A DNA stretch of 63,889 nt, the filler included, from Reticulomyxa filosa (lineage: Eukaryota; Protista; Foraminifera): NCBI GenBank assembly GCA_000512085.1. It is 14 parts of 14 records of this genome, joined end to end, with 100 filler letters (N's around TTAATTAATTAA, not from the genome) between each part and the next. Parts side by side here need not be neighbours in the genome. Positions count along the whole stretch, not along the records: positions 7,577 to 14,588 come from ASPP01005510.1; positions 14,689 to 27,263 come from ASPP01010744.1; positions 27,364 to 28,519 come from ASPP01023085.1; 11 more parts are not named here. The stretch is one strand, 5' to 3'. Shown here in pieces: positions 13,842 through 27,671 of this stretch. Below the pieces are notes generated by a model. It was not told where the DNA came from. It ran no database searches and saw only the letters and a list, made by a program, of their open reading frames with translations. The stretch's first letter is position 1. Every line of letters starts with the position of its first letter. The translations under genes and the position numbers were made by a program.

Positions 13842-14588
13842 ATGGGCGCCAAGCAAACTACGCCAGTAGTACACCAATTTGAGCCAATAACAACCTTAGC
13901 AAAGCCAATAACAAACTTAGCAAATGCAGTAATAACGCGAGCGTATCCGCAGGAGGATTTATTTAAAACTCGGAGCATAGGCCCTTTTGAAGTGCTGAAG
14001 GGGCTGCCCTATTCGCTAACGAACAGTCAATGTATCTTTTACAAAGATGAGATATTGATATGTGGAGGGTACCGAATACGCGAGTGTTATTCATATCATA
14101 TCCAAAAGCAGCAATATAAGTTTATATGTTCGTACCCGCCTGCAGTGGTATTGGAGGGTCACTGTGTGCTGAAGCTCAAGGGTAACAATGGTCAAGGGAT
14201 AACATTGTTATCATTTGGAGGACAAGACGAGAACGAAATAAAGTATACGTTTGTAATGAAGTATCGAAGTGTTTGGGACGAAGAAAAGAGTGAAAGCGAA
14301 TTCGTCGATGAAAACCAATGGGTACCATGGGTGCACAACAATAAAGTAGTTCAACTTGGACGATTGAAGGATAACTTCCGAGGAGTACGTGGAGTGATTG
14401 GAGGAAAGAAGAGTGATATGTTATTTATTACGTACTTTCCAGATAAAATAGACGTATTTAATTTGCGGACATTCAAGTACATAATCAATGTGAAAAACAG
14501 CACATTGCCAACACAGCCCCATCGCTATGGAATTCATTTCCATTGCTTCGTATTGAAAAATAATAATAATAATAATAATAATAATAAT
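13842..14588 (+). CDS. Second Kelch-like protein, tandem paralogue, 3'-truncated
   Basis: SQCIFYKDEILICGG...CYSYH...YKFICSYP...GHCV...LLSFGGQ...FRGVRGVIGG...LFITY aligns by eye with the 11238 gene. Contig ends in (AAT)n. Confidence 0.82.
14560..14588. repeat. (AAT)n microsatellite, poly-Asn, at contig end
   Basis: Seen directly. Confidence 0.9.
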
Positions 14589-14749
14589 NNNNNNNNNNNN
14601 NNNNNNNNNNNNNNNNNNNNNNNNNNNNNNNNTTAATTAATTAANNNNNNNNNNNNNNNNNNNNNNNNNNNNNNNNNNNNNNNNNNNNAAAAAAAAAAAA
14701 AAAATACGTATACATAATTAAAAAAAAAAAAAACACGTCATATATGTAG

Positions 14750-17700
14750 GTTAACAAAAGATATCAATGTAGTTGCAAGCGAAATGAAAGACAAAATATT
14801 GGAAAGTGTTCCCTTGGAAGACTTTTCCCAAGTGCTGAATTTCATTCGAGATCGAGACGAAAAGTTGATGAGTTACGAACAACTGGCAAAAGAATACCAA
14901 CAGTTTGAACAACAGTTGGAAATGGAAACGACCTCCTATCAACAGTTTTTGCCAGACATTCGCAACGATTTGAACACGAAAAAAGAGTTATGGTTTGGAT
15001 TAAAGCAATGGATTGACAATGTGAAACAATGGCTTGCGGCACCATTTGCAAAGGCCCCTTTTGAGTTTATTCACAATGAAATTCGTAGCAATATCAAACT
15101 GGTTGGCAAGGCTATTCAATACTTTGGCGCAGAACATCAAGTGGTTTCTTTTTTTCAAAAAAAAGTTATTGAGCTGAAAAAAGCAATGCCAATTGTCCAG
15201 CACTTAACGAGCCCGGTAAAGAAAATAAAACTTAAAAAAAAAAAAGGAAAACTCACGTTTAAGTGAACTTTTTTTTTACTTGTAGGCCTTACAAGAAAGA
15301 CACTGGAACGAACTACAAGACATTTTACATTATAACTTAAAAGAAAATGAAAATTGCACTTTGAATATCATATTTGAAAAAAATATGATTACATTTGAAA
15401 AGCAAATTGCTGAAATCGGAGTAAAAGCAGTGCAAGAACAATCATTGACGGAATCATTACAAAAAATAAAAGCGATTTGGTCCACTGCTGAACTGCCTCT
15501 GCAAAATTACAAAAATACGAAAGATATGTACATTTTAGCCGGGTTAGATGATACAATCGCTGGTCTGGATGAGTCATTGGTAACGATCAATACTATCAAT
15601 TTAAGCAAATATGTCGATCCCATCCGAGAACAAGTAGGGGAGTGGAATAAAAAATTGATTTTGTTTCAAGAAACGCTGGACGAATGGGTCACTATGCAAC
15701 GAAAATGGATGTATTTAGAAACCATCTTGACCAGTGGAGATATTGCGAAACAAATGCCGACAGAAACACAAATGTTCATGAAAATCGACAAATACTGGAA
15801 AGAGGTGAGAAAGTTTTTTTTATTTTGTGCGTCTCCTTTAACTTAGCTTTGCGTTTATTACTGTTATTTTTTTACAAAAAAAAAGGTAATGTTGGCAACA
15901 TGGGAAAATCCTCATGCTCTCACATGTTGCACCAACAATGGACGCAAAGAAACAATGTTTGCACACAATCAGTCTTTAGACAAGATCGAAAAATCATTAG
16001 AAGATTATTTGGAAACAAAACGCCAAGTGTTCCCACGATTTTATTTCTTAAGCAATGATGAATTGTTGAAAACATTGGCAGATAGCAAGAACCCATATAA
16101 CGTCTTGCCACATTTAAGAAAGTGCTTTGACAATATTTATTCATTAAATATTATCAATGACAAATCTTACACCATTCAGTCAATGGTTTCCAGCGAAGGC
16201 GAGGTGGTACCTTTGAGCAAAAACTTAAAAGCTGGACGAAAGTCGGTGGAAGAGTGGTTGGGAGCATTGGAACGATCAATGAAAAAAAAAATTAAACTGT
16301 TGATCCAACAAGGGGTTGTAGACTATGAAACATTGCAAGGTGCACCGAATTCTACTAAAAATGATGCCAGCAAGAAAGGCACGAATCGGACGGGCTTAAC
16401 TCCAAAAAATGTTAACTTTCGATCGCCATGGATTATGGATCATTTCGCACAAGTTGTTATGTGCGCTGCCCAAATTATGTGGTGCAAAGGTATGTGATTG
16501 TTTTGGAAGACACTGAAACGAAAAAGATGGAGTGAGTAAAATCTTAGAGCCCCTCCATCTTTTCAAACTCTTTTTTTTTTTCCTTTTCATATTCTCTTCT
16601 TCTCCCGTTTTCTCTCACATCACCAGTATATCATAATTCAAATCTAAAAAGAAACGGAGAAGGTCCTGGAAAAGATCCACGAAACGGATAACAAGAAGTT
16701 AATGCAGCAATGGTTCAATACCAATGTAAAACAAATCGACGATCTGATGGTTTTGATACGTGGAAACTTGACATCGATTGACCGCAAAAAAATTGTGGCG
16801 CTAGTGACCACCGACGTCCATAATCGCGACGTAATCAGCGACTTAATTGCTTGTGGCTGCAGTAGCATAAGCGATTTCAACTGGCAAAAGCAATTGAGAT
16901 TTTATTGGTACCCGGAGGAAGATGAATGCGTGGTGAAGCAGATATCTGCCACGCTGAACTATGGCTACGAATACATGGGAGTGACCTCAAGGTTGGTTAT
17001 TACACCCTTGACCGATCGCTGTTGGATCACGGTCACAGGCGCAATGCATATCAAATTGGGAGCGGCTCCAGCAGGACCAGCTGGAACTGGAAAAACAGAG
17101 TCTGTCAAAGATTTAGCAAAAGCATTAGGAGTCCAATGTGTTGGTATGACGTATACAATATTCTTTTCAATTATGGAAAAAAAAAAAGATATTTTAAAAA
17201 TTTTTTTTTTTTTTTTTTTTGTATACCAACTTTTAAGTGTTCAACTGCTCCGATCAAATCGACTTCAAAATGATGGCCAAATTATTTAGTGGACTGGCTC
17301 AAACTGGGTCATGGACGTGCTTGGATGAATTCAATCGTATTCAAATTGAAGTGCTGTCTGTGATTGCTCAGCAATTGTTATGTGTCCGCCAAGCACTTTT
17401 GAGCAACAAGGCCAAGTTCAACTTCGAAGGTGTAACGATACCCTTGCGCCCCACCTTTGGAGTCAATATAACGATGAATCCAGGATATGCCGGACGCACA
17501 GAACTTCCAGACAACTTAAAAGTACTATTTCGCCCTGTAGCAATGATGATACCAGATTATGGATTGATAGCTGAGTTAATGCTGTTTGCCGAAGGATTTG
17601 GAGAAGCCACCGCTTTATCTCGCAAAATGGTAAAACTGTACAAACTGAGTAGTGAGCAACTCTCACAACAAGACCATTACGATTTTGGAATGAGAGCTGT

Positions 17701-20700
17701 CAAATCTGTATTAGTCATGGCTGGATCTTTGAAGCGAATGTATCCTCATCTCCCAGAAGACGTGGTATTGATTCGAGCAATGCGAGATTCCAACATTCCC
17801 AAATTTTTATCAGCAGATGTCCCCTTGTTCAACGCTATTTTGGAAGATTTGTTTCCAAACGTTGCTATTCCAAATCATGATTACGGAGAGCTGGAAAAAG
17901 CAATTCGGCAAGTTATTGTAAAAAATGGACTACAGTGCGAACCCAATTTTGTCATGAAAGTTATCCAATTGTTTGATACATTTGAGGTAAGATTTGGAGC
18001 CATGTTGGTTGGTCCAACTGGTGGTGGTAAAACTCAAATTTATCGAGTTTTGTCACAAGCCATGTCTTTATTGCGAGGATCACAACATCCGGACCAAAGA
18101 TTTCAAGTTATATACATACACATATATGTATATATGTAATATTATTTTTTTTCTGCTTCTTTGATGAACAAACAAAAAACATAACAAATGGATACAGAAA
18201 GTACACACCCATGTGCTAAACCCAAAATCAATATCGATGGGTGAGCTTTACGGAGAAATGAATCTATTGACACAAGAGTGGACAGATGGATTGGCATCCA
18301 ATATAATGCGAACAAGTATCAAAGACAACACACAAGATCGCCATTGGATTGTCTTTGATGGACCTGTCGACACTTTATGGATTGAGGTAATTTTATTGAG
18401 ATTATATGTATACGTATATGTAATATTTTTATTTGTTTGTTTGTGTCCTTTCCTTCGCAACACATGACGGCTAATTACGTATACAAAGTCAATGAACGGA
18501 GTGTTGGACGACAATATGACATTATGTTTGTCGAATGGCGAGCGCATCAAATTGAAAACAGAGTTGCGAATGTTGTTCGAAGTGCAAGACTTAGCTGTCG
18601 CTTCTCCTGCAACAGTGTCCCGTTGTGGCATGGTGTACGTACCTCCAGAAGACTTAGGTATCGTACCCTTCATCAAGAGCTTCTTTCAAAAGTTGGAGCC
18701 ACAAGAGTACGTATCTCTAGAGGCAATACAAGAAACCTCTTCCAAAAAGCCCACACAGACGGAGCAGAAACAAGAAGAAGCGCAAAAAGACAATGAATTG
18801 ATTGGAAACCCGACAAAAGAAAAGAGCACTCAGCTGCAAATAATTGCTAAAAACTCGCAAATTGACATTGTACAATTGTTTGCAAAACATTTGCCACCAC
18901 TTATTCAGTTCCAAAGAAAGTATTGCAAAGGGCCCATTCATGCACATGACATTGCCATCTGCTCATCTGTGTGCTCGCTGTTTCAAGCATTGTTTATCAA
19001 CACTGAATCTCTGGTGGTATCCACATCCGAATTTTTGCAAGAAGTGATTGAAAAAGCGTTTGTTTTTTCCATGATTTGGGGAGTCGGTGGTAGCATTAGT
19101 GAGCACCGAGAGCAATTTAGTGACCACCTTCGAGATCTTTTTCCCAAATGTGGAATTCCTACCAAAGGCACCGTGTTCGACTATATTGTGGATATTAACA
19201 AAAATACTTGGATTCAATGGAACGACTTTGTCACACCATTTGAATTTAAGCCAAGTTTTGTTAAATATATGAAATAAACAAAAAAAATTTTAAAAAATAT
19301 TTCTTCCATCTTAAAAATAATGCCCTTTTTTTTAAAAAAAAAAATTCAATAGAAGTGCCATTCAATCAAATGTTAGTTCCAACGATGGATACGTATCGCT
19401 ACTCTTATCTAATGGAAATGATGTTTGGAGTCAATCACTCTGTATTTTTCACAGGAGAGTCTGGAGTCGGTAAGACAGTAATTGTCAAAGACATGATATC
19501 TCGAATTCAAGTTTTTTAAAAAATTTTCTCAAATCTCCGTGCAATAATTTTTTAAATATTTTGAAAAAAAAAAAACAACAAACTCTTTTTCCTCCTCCCC
19601 ATCCTTTAGGAACCCAAAAAGATATTTCCAATAATAATCAACTTTTCGGCTCAAACGGATGCAAAGTCGACCCAACTCAATATTGAAAAGAGACTACAAA
19701 AGCGAACAAAGACCGTGTATGGGGGTCCTGCTGGTAAGCGGGTCGTTATTTTTGTCGACGATATCAATATGCCCGCAAAAGAGACGTTTGGAGCCCAGCC
19801 TCCAGTGGAGTTGTTACGGCAGTTTCAAGACTTTAAAGGTTTTTACGACCGCGAAAAATGGTTTTGGAGACAGATTATTGACACTACTCTTTGCTGTGCT
19901 GCTGCACCTCCAGGTTTTCAACTACTTCTAAAAAAAAAGGGGCAAGGAGTTTTGCCAAAAAAAAAAAAAAAAAACAACATTGATGTCTTGAATGACGTAT
20001 ATCAATTGAAAAAAAAAAAGGTGGTGGACGTAATGAGCTCACGGACCGTTTCACTCGACATTTTATGTTGCTGTGCTTACCCAAGCCATCGGTAGATGTG
20101 TTAACCCGGATTTTCCAATCCATTTTGAACGGCTTTTTGTCGGTGAATGGATTTAAAGCGGAGTTGCAAATGAAATCGAAAGCAATAGTGCAATCGACCA
20201 TTGACTTGTACAATGAAATTACGGCGTCACTGCTCCCGATTCCGGCAAAGTCACATTATACGTTCAACCTGAGAGATATTAGTGCAGTGTTTCAGGGGAT
20301 GCTAATGGTGACACCAGTTACCGTGAACGACTCTGACAAGCTCACCAGACTTTGGGTACATGAGGCATGTCGCTGTTTTCATGATCGACTAATCAACGAC
20401 GAGGATCGCCATTGGTTTGAGGAAGCAATAGCAAAGTACTTAAGTCAAAACTTCCATGTCACGTGGGACCGGTCATTATTTTTCGGAACAGATCCTTATC
20501 TGTGGGGAGACTTTTGGAAGGGAGGTGACAATCGAACCTACGATGAAATTAATAACATGGAAACCGTTGCAAAGATATTGAGACAACACTTGGAAAATTA
20601 CAATTTACAGAGCGATGCTCCCTTAAATCTGGTTTTCTTCCAAGATGCTATTTTTCATTTGCTGCGAATTTGCCGAGTGCTAAGACAACCCCGTGGAAAT

Positions 20701-23700
20701 GCAGTGTTGGTCGGCGTGGGTGGTTCTGGAAGGCAATCGTTGACAAAGCTGGCTTGCTCCATGTTGGAATATCAATGCGTTACGATCAAGTTGCGTCCAG
20801 GATATGACTATTCCATGTTTCGTGACGATTTGAAAGAAATTTTAATGAAAGCTGGAGCCGAAAGAAAACAAGTACGTATACTACTACTTTTCTCTCAGGG
20901 CACAAATAACGTATACGTTCATTTAGCTGATAAATGTCAAAAAAGATTATATACATATACGTGTGTGTGTGTGTGTGTGTGTGTGTATAATTAATTATAT
21001 ACTGATAGATTGCCTTTTTGGTGTCCGACACTCAAATCACGGATGAGAGATTTTTGGAAGACATCAATAATATACTAAACTCTGGAGAGGTACCAAATTT
21101 GTTCTCTTCGCCAGAGGAATTGGGTGCAATTGATGAACATATCACTCCTTACATGAAAGAAAATGATATGGCGATCACACCAGACAACATTTGGCACACC
21201 TTTGTCAACCAAGTTAAAACCAATCTACATTTGGTCCTGTGCTTTAGTCCAGTGGGCGATGCGTTCCGCAAACGCTGTCGCATGTTCCCATCTTTGATCA
21301 ATTGCTGTACTATTGACTGGTTTGAAAAGTGGCCAAAAGAGGCGTTATTGTCTGTTGCGAATAAACTCCTCTCCAACATCACGGAGGATTTGCCTGAGCC
21401 AAAAGCACAAATTCAGAACGAATTGGCAGAAATGTGCGTCAGCATGCACACCAGTGCTGAGCTGGAATGTGCACTTTTCTACCAAGATTTGAGAAGAAAA
21501 GTATACATTACCCCTAAAATTTATTTGGATATGATTCACTTATATAAAAAAATGCTCACCGAAAAAAGAGAAGAATTAGAAGCTCGTCGAAAGGTTAGAA
21601 TCAGTATAAGATCATTTCCCTTCTCTTCAATTTGCTCTCTTTTTTTTCTTAGTTGATTAAATTTGAAATGTAATGTAAACAAAAAAAGGTGTTAATCACG
21701 GGGCTAACAAAATTGGAAGATGCAAATGGTATTGTTGAGCAACTACAAAAAGATTTGACACTTTTACAGCCGCAATTAGTGATTAAACAAAAAGAGACAG
21801 CCGAACTGTTGGCAAAAGTGGAAAAGGATCAAAGTGAGGCAGACAAAGTAAAATCAATTGTAAGCAACGAGGCACGTTTGGTGGAAGAGCAAGCACGAGA
21901 AACGAAGGCAGTTCAGCAGGACGCCCAAGCTGACCTGGACAAAGCGTTACCGGCTTTAGAAGCTGCTAATGAATCATTGAAAACATTAAACAAGGGCGAT
22001 ATCACTGAAGTAAAAAACATGACCAAACCACCAGCTGGTGTGGTCATGGCCATGGAAGCAGTATTAATATTATTGGAAGAAAAACCAACATGGGATAACG
22101 CCAAAAAAGTTAAACGTTCATTTGATTTCAACAATACTTGTGTGGGAATAAAAAATACATACAAACCCACAAACATCTTGCCATAGGTAATGTCAAATAC
22201 TGCATTTTTGAAAATGCTCCAAGATTACAATAAAGACAATGTCCCAAGTAGTATCGTCGCCAAGTTGAAATCCAAATATACCTCTAATCCCGAGTTTAGC
22301 GTCGAAAGAATGCAAAAAATATCAGTAGCTGCAACGACATTGTGCAAATGGGTCCACGCGATAGTGGTGTACAGTGAAGTAATCAAGGAAGTAGAGCCAA
22401 AAAAAAAGAGGCTGGCAGAAATGAATAATAAATTGGCTGAGGCAAATAAGCAGCTGCAAGTCAAACAAATTGAACTGCAAAAGATTGTTGATCAAGTCGA
22501 AGCATTGAAAAAAAAATGTCAAGAAACAATCAAACAAAAAGAAGAGCTGGAATTTCAATCGAAGCAATGCAAGGCAAGATTAGAAAGAGCCGAAAAATTG
22601 ACATTTGGACTAGCGGATGAGCAAGTTATATATTTGCATATACGTATACACTTGCAAAAGGATACGTAATCAACTAGTTTGTTTGAGTTACTTGTTTCTC
22701 TCTTTAAAGCGCAAAAATAAAGTAAAATGAAATTAAAAAAAGGTGCGTTGGAAAGAACAAGCCGAAAAATTAACAAAAGATATTCGCTTTTTGATTGGTG
22801 ACGTTTTCTTAAGTGCGGCGTTCATTAGCTATGGCCCAGCACTAACCGGAGCTTATCGTAAGAAATTAATGAACCAATGGATGAGTGAATTTAATATGCA
22901 TCAATTAATTCCCTACAGCGGCGAGGGAACATATTCTTTTGTTAAATCCTGCGGTGATCCATTGGAAATACGAGCTTGGCAAAATTGTGGCTTACCGACA
23001 GATGAAGTAAGTGTGGAGTCAGGAATCATCACAAACAAATGCATGCGTTGGCCGTTGATGATTGACCCACAAAATCAAGCCAAACAATGGATTCGCAATA
23101 TGGAAAAGAAAAATAAATTAAAAATTGTCAAAATGGATGACTCCAACATTTTACGAATTGTGGAGTCTGCCATTCGAAACGGAAACCCTTTGTTGTTGGA
23201 AGATATTAACGAGTACCTCGATGCGAGTCTTGATCCGATACTAAACAAAGGCATTTTCAGTCAAGGTTTGTCTTTGTTGTTGTAATAGTTATTATTTTTG
23301 GTGTCAATCCAATCAGGGATTGACGCCGTTCTAGAAGGTGGGAGGAAAAAAACGTATACTACATACACTTTATTTTTTGAAAGGGGGTCGATTGTTAATA
23401 CGACTGAATGACCACGATATTGATTACGATCCAAACTTTCGGTTTTATATCACAACGAAATTATCGAACCCTCATTACACTCCTGAGATATCAATCAAAG
23501 TGACACTCATAAATTTTACAGTGACACGGGCAGGTCTAAGCGACCAATTGTTAGGAGACGTAGTGAGCAAAGAAAGACCAGAAATTGAAAGTAAAAAACA
23601 AGAGTTAGTCGAGCAAATGGCTAAAGATAAGCAAGAATTAAAGGCAATTGAACTAAAGATATTGAAAAAACTCACTGAAAGTGAAGGCAACATTTTGGAT

Positions 23701-26700
23701 GATCAACAACTTGTGGACACATTGGAGTCCTCCAAGTTTACTTCCAATATCGTCAACGAAAGAGTTGAAGAGGCAGAAAAAACAGAGGCTGTCATCAATG
23801 AAACTCGAAATCAATATCGTAAAGTAGCCAATCGAGGGAGCATTATCTTTTTTGTTATTGCTGATCTGAGCAATATTGACCCCATGTATCAATATTCATT
23901 GAACTACTTTAGCAAACTTTTCAACAACTGCATCGACAAATCGGAAAAATCAAACCGATTAGAACACAGATTAGACATTTTAACAAAAAATATTACCAAG
24001 TGGATTTATGAAAATATTTACAAAAGTTTATTTGAAAGGCATAAACTAATTTTCTCTTTTTTTATTGCAACCAGTATTTTATTGGACGCAAATGAGATTA
24101 CCGAAGAAGAGTGGATGTATTTTCTCCGTGGCAGTGTTTTGCAAACAGATCAAACGAATAACAAGCTGTTATCGAGTGCAAATCCAAATGCCTCCATCAT
24201 CTCTGATAAAACTTGGCAAGAGATTTGCTTGTTAGAATTCTCATTGCCAAACATCTTTGGTGGATTGGTGGAAGAGATAACAAGACATTTTAATAGTGGA
24301 TTTTGGAATGAACTTTTTACGGATAAGGAACCCCATAAGAATCATTTACCACATATCGTACAAAGAGCAAGCTCATGGGAAAAGGCATCACTTTTGACCA
24401 GCTTTCAAAAATTGTTGTTATTAAAGAATTTACGCCATGAAAAATGTGTGTTTGGAATTACTCAATTTGTGCAGCAAAACCTTGGCAAAGACTTTGCCAG
24501 TTTGCCACCGACTCAATTAGCAGATGTTTACAAAGATACGGACAATGTCACCCCGATTATTTTTGTCTTGTCTCAAGGTGCAGACCCATCCAGTATTTTA
24601 CTGCGCTTTGCTAAAGAAAAGAGCTACGATACCCGACTTCACAATCTGTCGTTGGGACAAGGACAAGGGATCAAAGCAGAAAAAAATGATCGAAACAGCA
24701 GTGAGAAATGGAGATTGGGTGTGTTTACAAAATTGTCATTTGGCCAAATCTTGGATGAGTTCTTTGGAGCGACTGATTTTGTCAATGAGTGAAAACCCAC
24801 ACACTGTGCACAGCGATTTTCGATTGTGGCTGACGTCTATGCCTTGCGATTACTTCCCTATCCCTATTTTGCAAAACGGGATCAAAATAACCAATGAACC
24901 ACCACGTGGTGTTCGAGCTAATCTAATGCGTTCTTGTTCTAGTGTCGACGAACAAATATTCACCGACAGTGCCGTCGCCAAACCAGAGACATTTAAACGA
25001 TTATTGTTTGGATTGACGTTCTTCCATGCGGTCATTCAAGAACGACGTAAATTTGGTGCTTTGGGTTTTAACAAACCAGTTTTGCAAAAACAAAAAAAAA
25101 TAATAAAAAAAAAAAAAAAAAAAAAAAAATAGACAAATAAACAAATAAATACATGCTTATGTGACACGTATACACGCACACACGTATACAAAAGTACGAA
25201 TTCAACGACAGCGACTTGGAAACGTCCATCACAGTTTTGAAAATGTTTCTCAACGAGCAAGCCGAGATTCCTTGGGAATCGTTGCGTTATGTCATTGGTG
25301 AAATCAATTATGGAGGACGTGTCACTGATGATTGGGACCGCAGATGTCTAATGACCATATTAGGTCAATATTACAATGAAGATATCCTCGACAGCGAACA
25401 CTATCTGTTAGTACCCAACAGCTCTTACAAAATTCCGGATGGAAAATCTAAGTGGTCCATATTTCAAAATTATGTGGAAACATTGCCTTATGAAGATGAT
25501 CCTGTCATGTTTGGAATGAATGAAAATGCTAATATCACATTTCAGTCACAAGAATCTTCTTCTTTGATTGCCACTCTTTTGCACATACGTCCACAGGCGT
25601 CGAACAGCAACCAAAAGAAACAATCTGCCAACTCAGGGGACTCAAACAAAGTCAATACCCCGGATGAAATGGTCAAAGGAATTTCAAAACAAATTCTAGA
25701 ACAAATGCCTGAGAGACTGCATACGGAAAATTTGAAAATGACAATGGAGTGTGAACATAATGGTCAAAAGCAAATCATCATGGATTCATTGGCAATCTTT
25801 TTAACCCAGGAAGCAAATAAATTTAATCGATTGCTATCTATTATTCAAATGTAAGTTCGTGCCAGATAATAAAAAAAAATAATAATTTTTTTTTTATATG
25901 TGATAAATCTCTTTTTTTTTTCCCCTCTCCAAAAAAAAAAAAAGGTCGTTAACGCAGCTACAAAAAGCAATTAATGGCGAAGTTGTCATGTCTTCAGAAT
26001 TGGATGGTGTATTTATGGATTTGCTAAATAATAAAGTTCCTGCAATGTGGAGTAGTGCATCTTATCCATCTTTAAAACCTTTGGGGAGTTGGATTCAAGA
26101 TTTAAATAAACGATTTGACTTTATTCGTAATTGTCTGACTTCTGAAATACCAAAGGCCTATTGGATCAGCGCATTCTTTTTTACACAAGGATTTATTACT
26201 GGTATTTTACAGAATCACAGCAGAAAATATAAAATCGCAATTGACCAGCTACAATTTAAGTTCACTGTTTTGAAGGCAAATACTATTAGTGAACTCTCTT
26301 CACATGAAGCGCCTTTGCCACGTGACGGTGTATATGTATATGGACTGTACTTGGACGGAGCTAAGTGGAGTCCGTCAGCACGATCATTAGATGATGCCAA
26401 TCTGGGTGAACTACACTATGTATGTTTAAGTTTTACAACACACATTTATTTTGCTTTTTTAAATTTATTTAATGTGTAGCATTACACAACCATGCTCTTC
26501 TATTTTATTACTCTCATTCACAAAATAATTTTACAGAAAATGCCATTGATATGGTTTGAACCACGTTTCGATTTTAAACCAAACGAGCATGATTATGTGT
26601 GTCCAGCATATAAGACCAGTACAAGAGCAGGCATACTTTCTACTACAGGACAATCAACCAACTACATTTTACCAATACATTTGCCGTCCAGTAAACCTCC

Positions 26701-26752
26701 TGAATATTGGACAAGGCAAGGTGTAGCGTTGTTAACACAATTAAATGACTGA
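14750..26752 (+). CDS. DNAH6: Axonemal inner-arm dynein heavy chain, DNAH6-like, 5'-truncated, 17 mapped introns, one apparent frameshift
   Basis: FPRFYFLSNDELL; P1 GPAGTGKTE; CLDEFNRI; SEQLSQQDHYDFGMRAVKSVLVMAGSLKR; P2 GPTGGGKT; P3 GESGVGKT; P4 GVGGSGRQ; stalk coiled coil; C-terminal RAGILSTTGQSTNY. Introns: 15216-15285, 15805-15885, 16490-16651, 17144-17237, 18107-18197, 18387-18488, 19255-19352, 19511-19609, 19914-20020, 20872-21008, 21594-21688, 22109-22186, 22625-22742, 23266-23383, 25079-25194, 25851-25944, 26420-26536. One extra A at 24680-24686. The DNAH6 subfamily call is from remembered motifs. Confidence 0.9.
20961..20986. repeat. (GT)n microsatellite inside a dynein intron
   Basis: Seen directly. 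Confidence 0.9.
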
Positions 26753-27052
26753 AAGGCAATAGTAATCAAACATTAATAGGGTTTTTCGTAAAAACTGATA
26801 TCACTTAATTTTTTAATCTAATAATCACTGAAATATTCAATAAAAAATAAATTTTACAGTCACAAGCAACACTAAAAACAAAAATGAATTTAAAACTCAT
26901 AAAAGATAGCCAATGGCATCAATAAAAACTCACTATTCCAACAAAAAACATGTCGACATATTATTCATTTTCTGAGAAATTACTTAAATGCAATTGTTTT
27001 TCTTAAAAAATGACTTATTACATTTTATATAATTAATGAACAACATATTAAA

Positions 27053-27130
27053 TAGTAGTTTGCAAAGAAAACTGAACGCATAAAACGATATCATATGATG
27101 ATAATTGATTTTCTCCATGAAAAATCAACA
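27053..27130 (+). mobile_element. Terminal repeat of a MITE-like family (left end; contig breaks shortly after)
   Basis: TTGCAAAGAAAACTGAACGCATAAAACGATATC.TATGATGATAATTGATTTT is nearly identical to the reverse complement of 60690-60768. Confidence 0.7.
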
Positions 27131-27671
27131 TTTAGATCTAATTTTTAAAAAAAAAATATCTAAAAATATTGTAGTTTTTAAATATGAAATTATTTTTTTA
27201 ATAATTTTTTTTTTTGTTTGATGAAATCAACATTTTTTCAAATGATTTTTGAAAATTCTGCGANNNNNNNNNNNNNNNNNNNNNNNNNNNNNNNNNNNNN
27301 NNNNNNNTTAATTAATTAANNNNNNNNNNNNNNNNNNNNNNNNNNNNNNNNNNNNNNNNNNNNGCTTTCGAAAGTATAACAATGGCAATACTTTTGGAAT
27401 CAAAAGGGATCGTTTTTTTTTGTTAAAACACAAAAATATACCTTACTTAGCCCAGTAACAACAGAAAAACCCTCTTGGACTACTCTTTTTATACTCAAGT
27501 TTTTTAATATTACTTTTTGCGTTCAAGTGTGTTTTACCTATTCTATGGTAAATATCCTAGTTACAACTGAAACTTTTTGCAACGCAAAAAAAGTTTTTTT
27601 TAAACTGCTTCATTGTGTTTTACGGAAAAAAAATATTCTTCTGAAATTTTTCAACTGGTAACTCAAGCAAA

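Noticed and set aside
24680-24690. Euplotes-style programmed +1 frameshift in dynein
   Set aside because: No in-frame stop follows AAA (frame 0 reads AAA AAT GAT), and other indels go both ways; homopolymer error is simpler.
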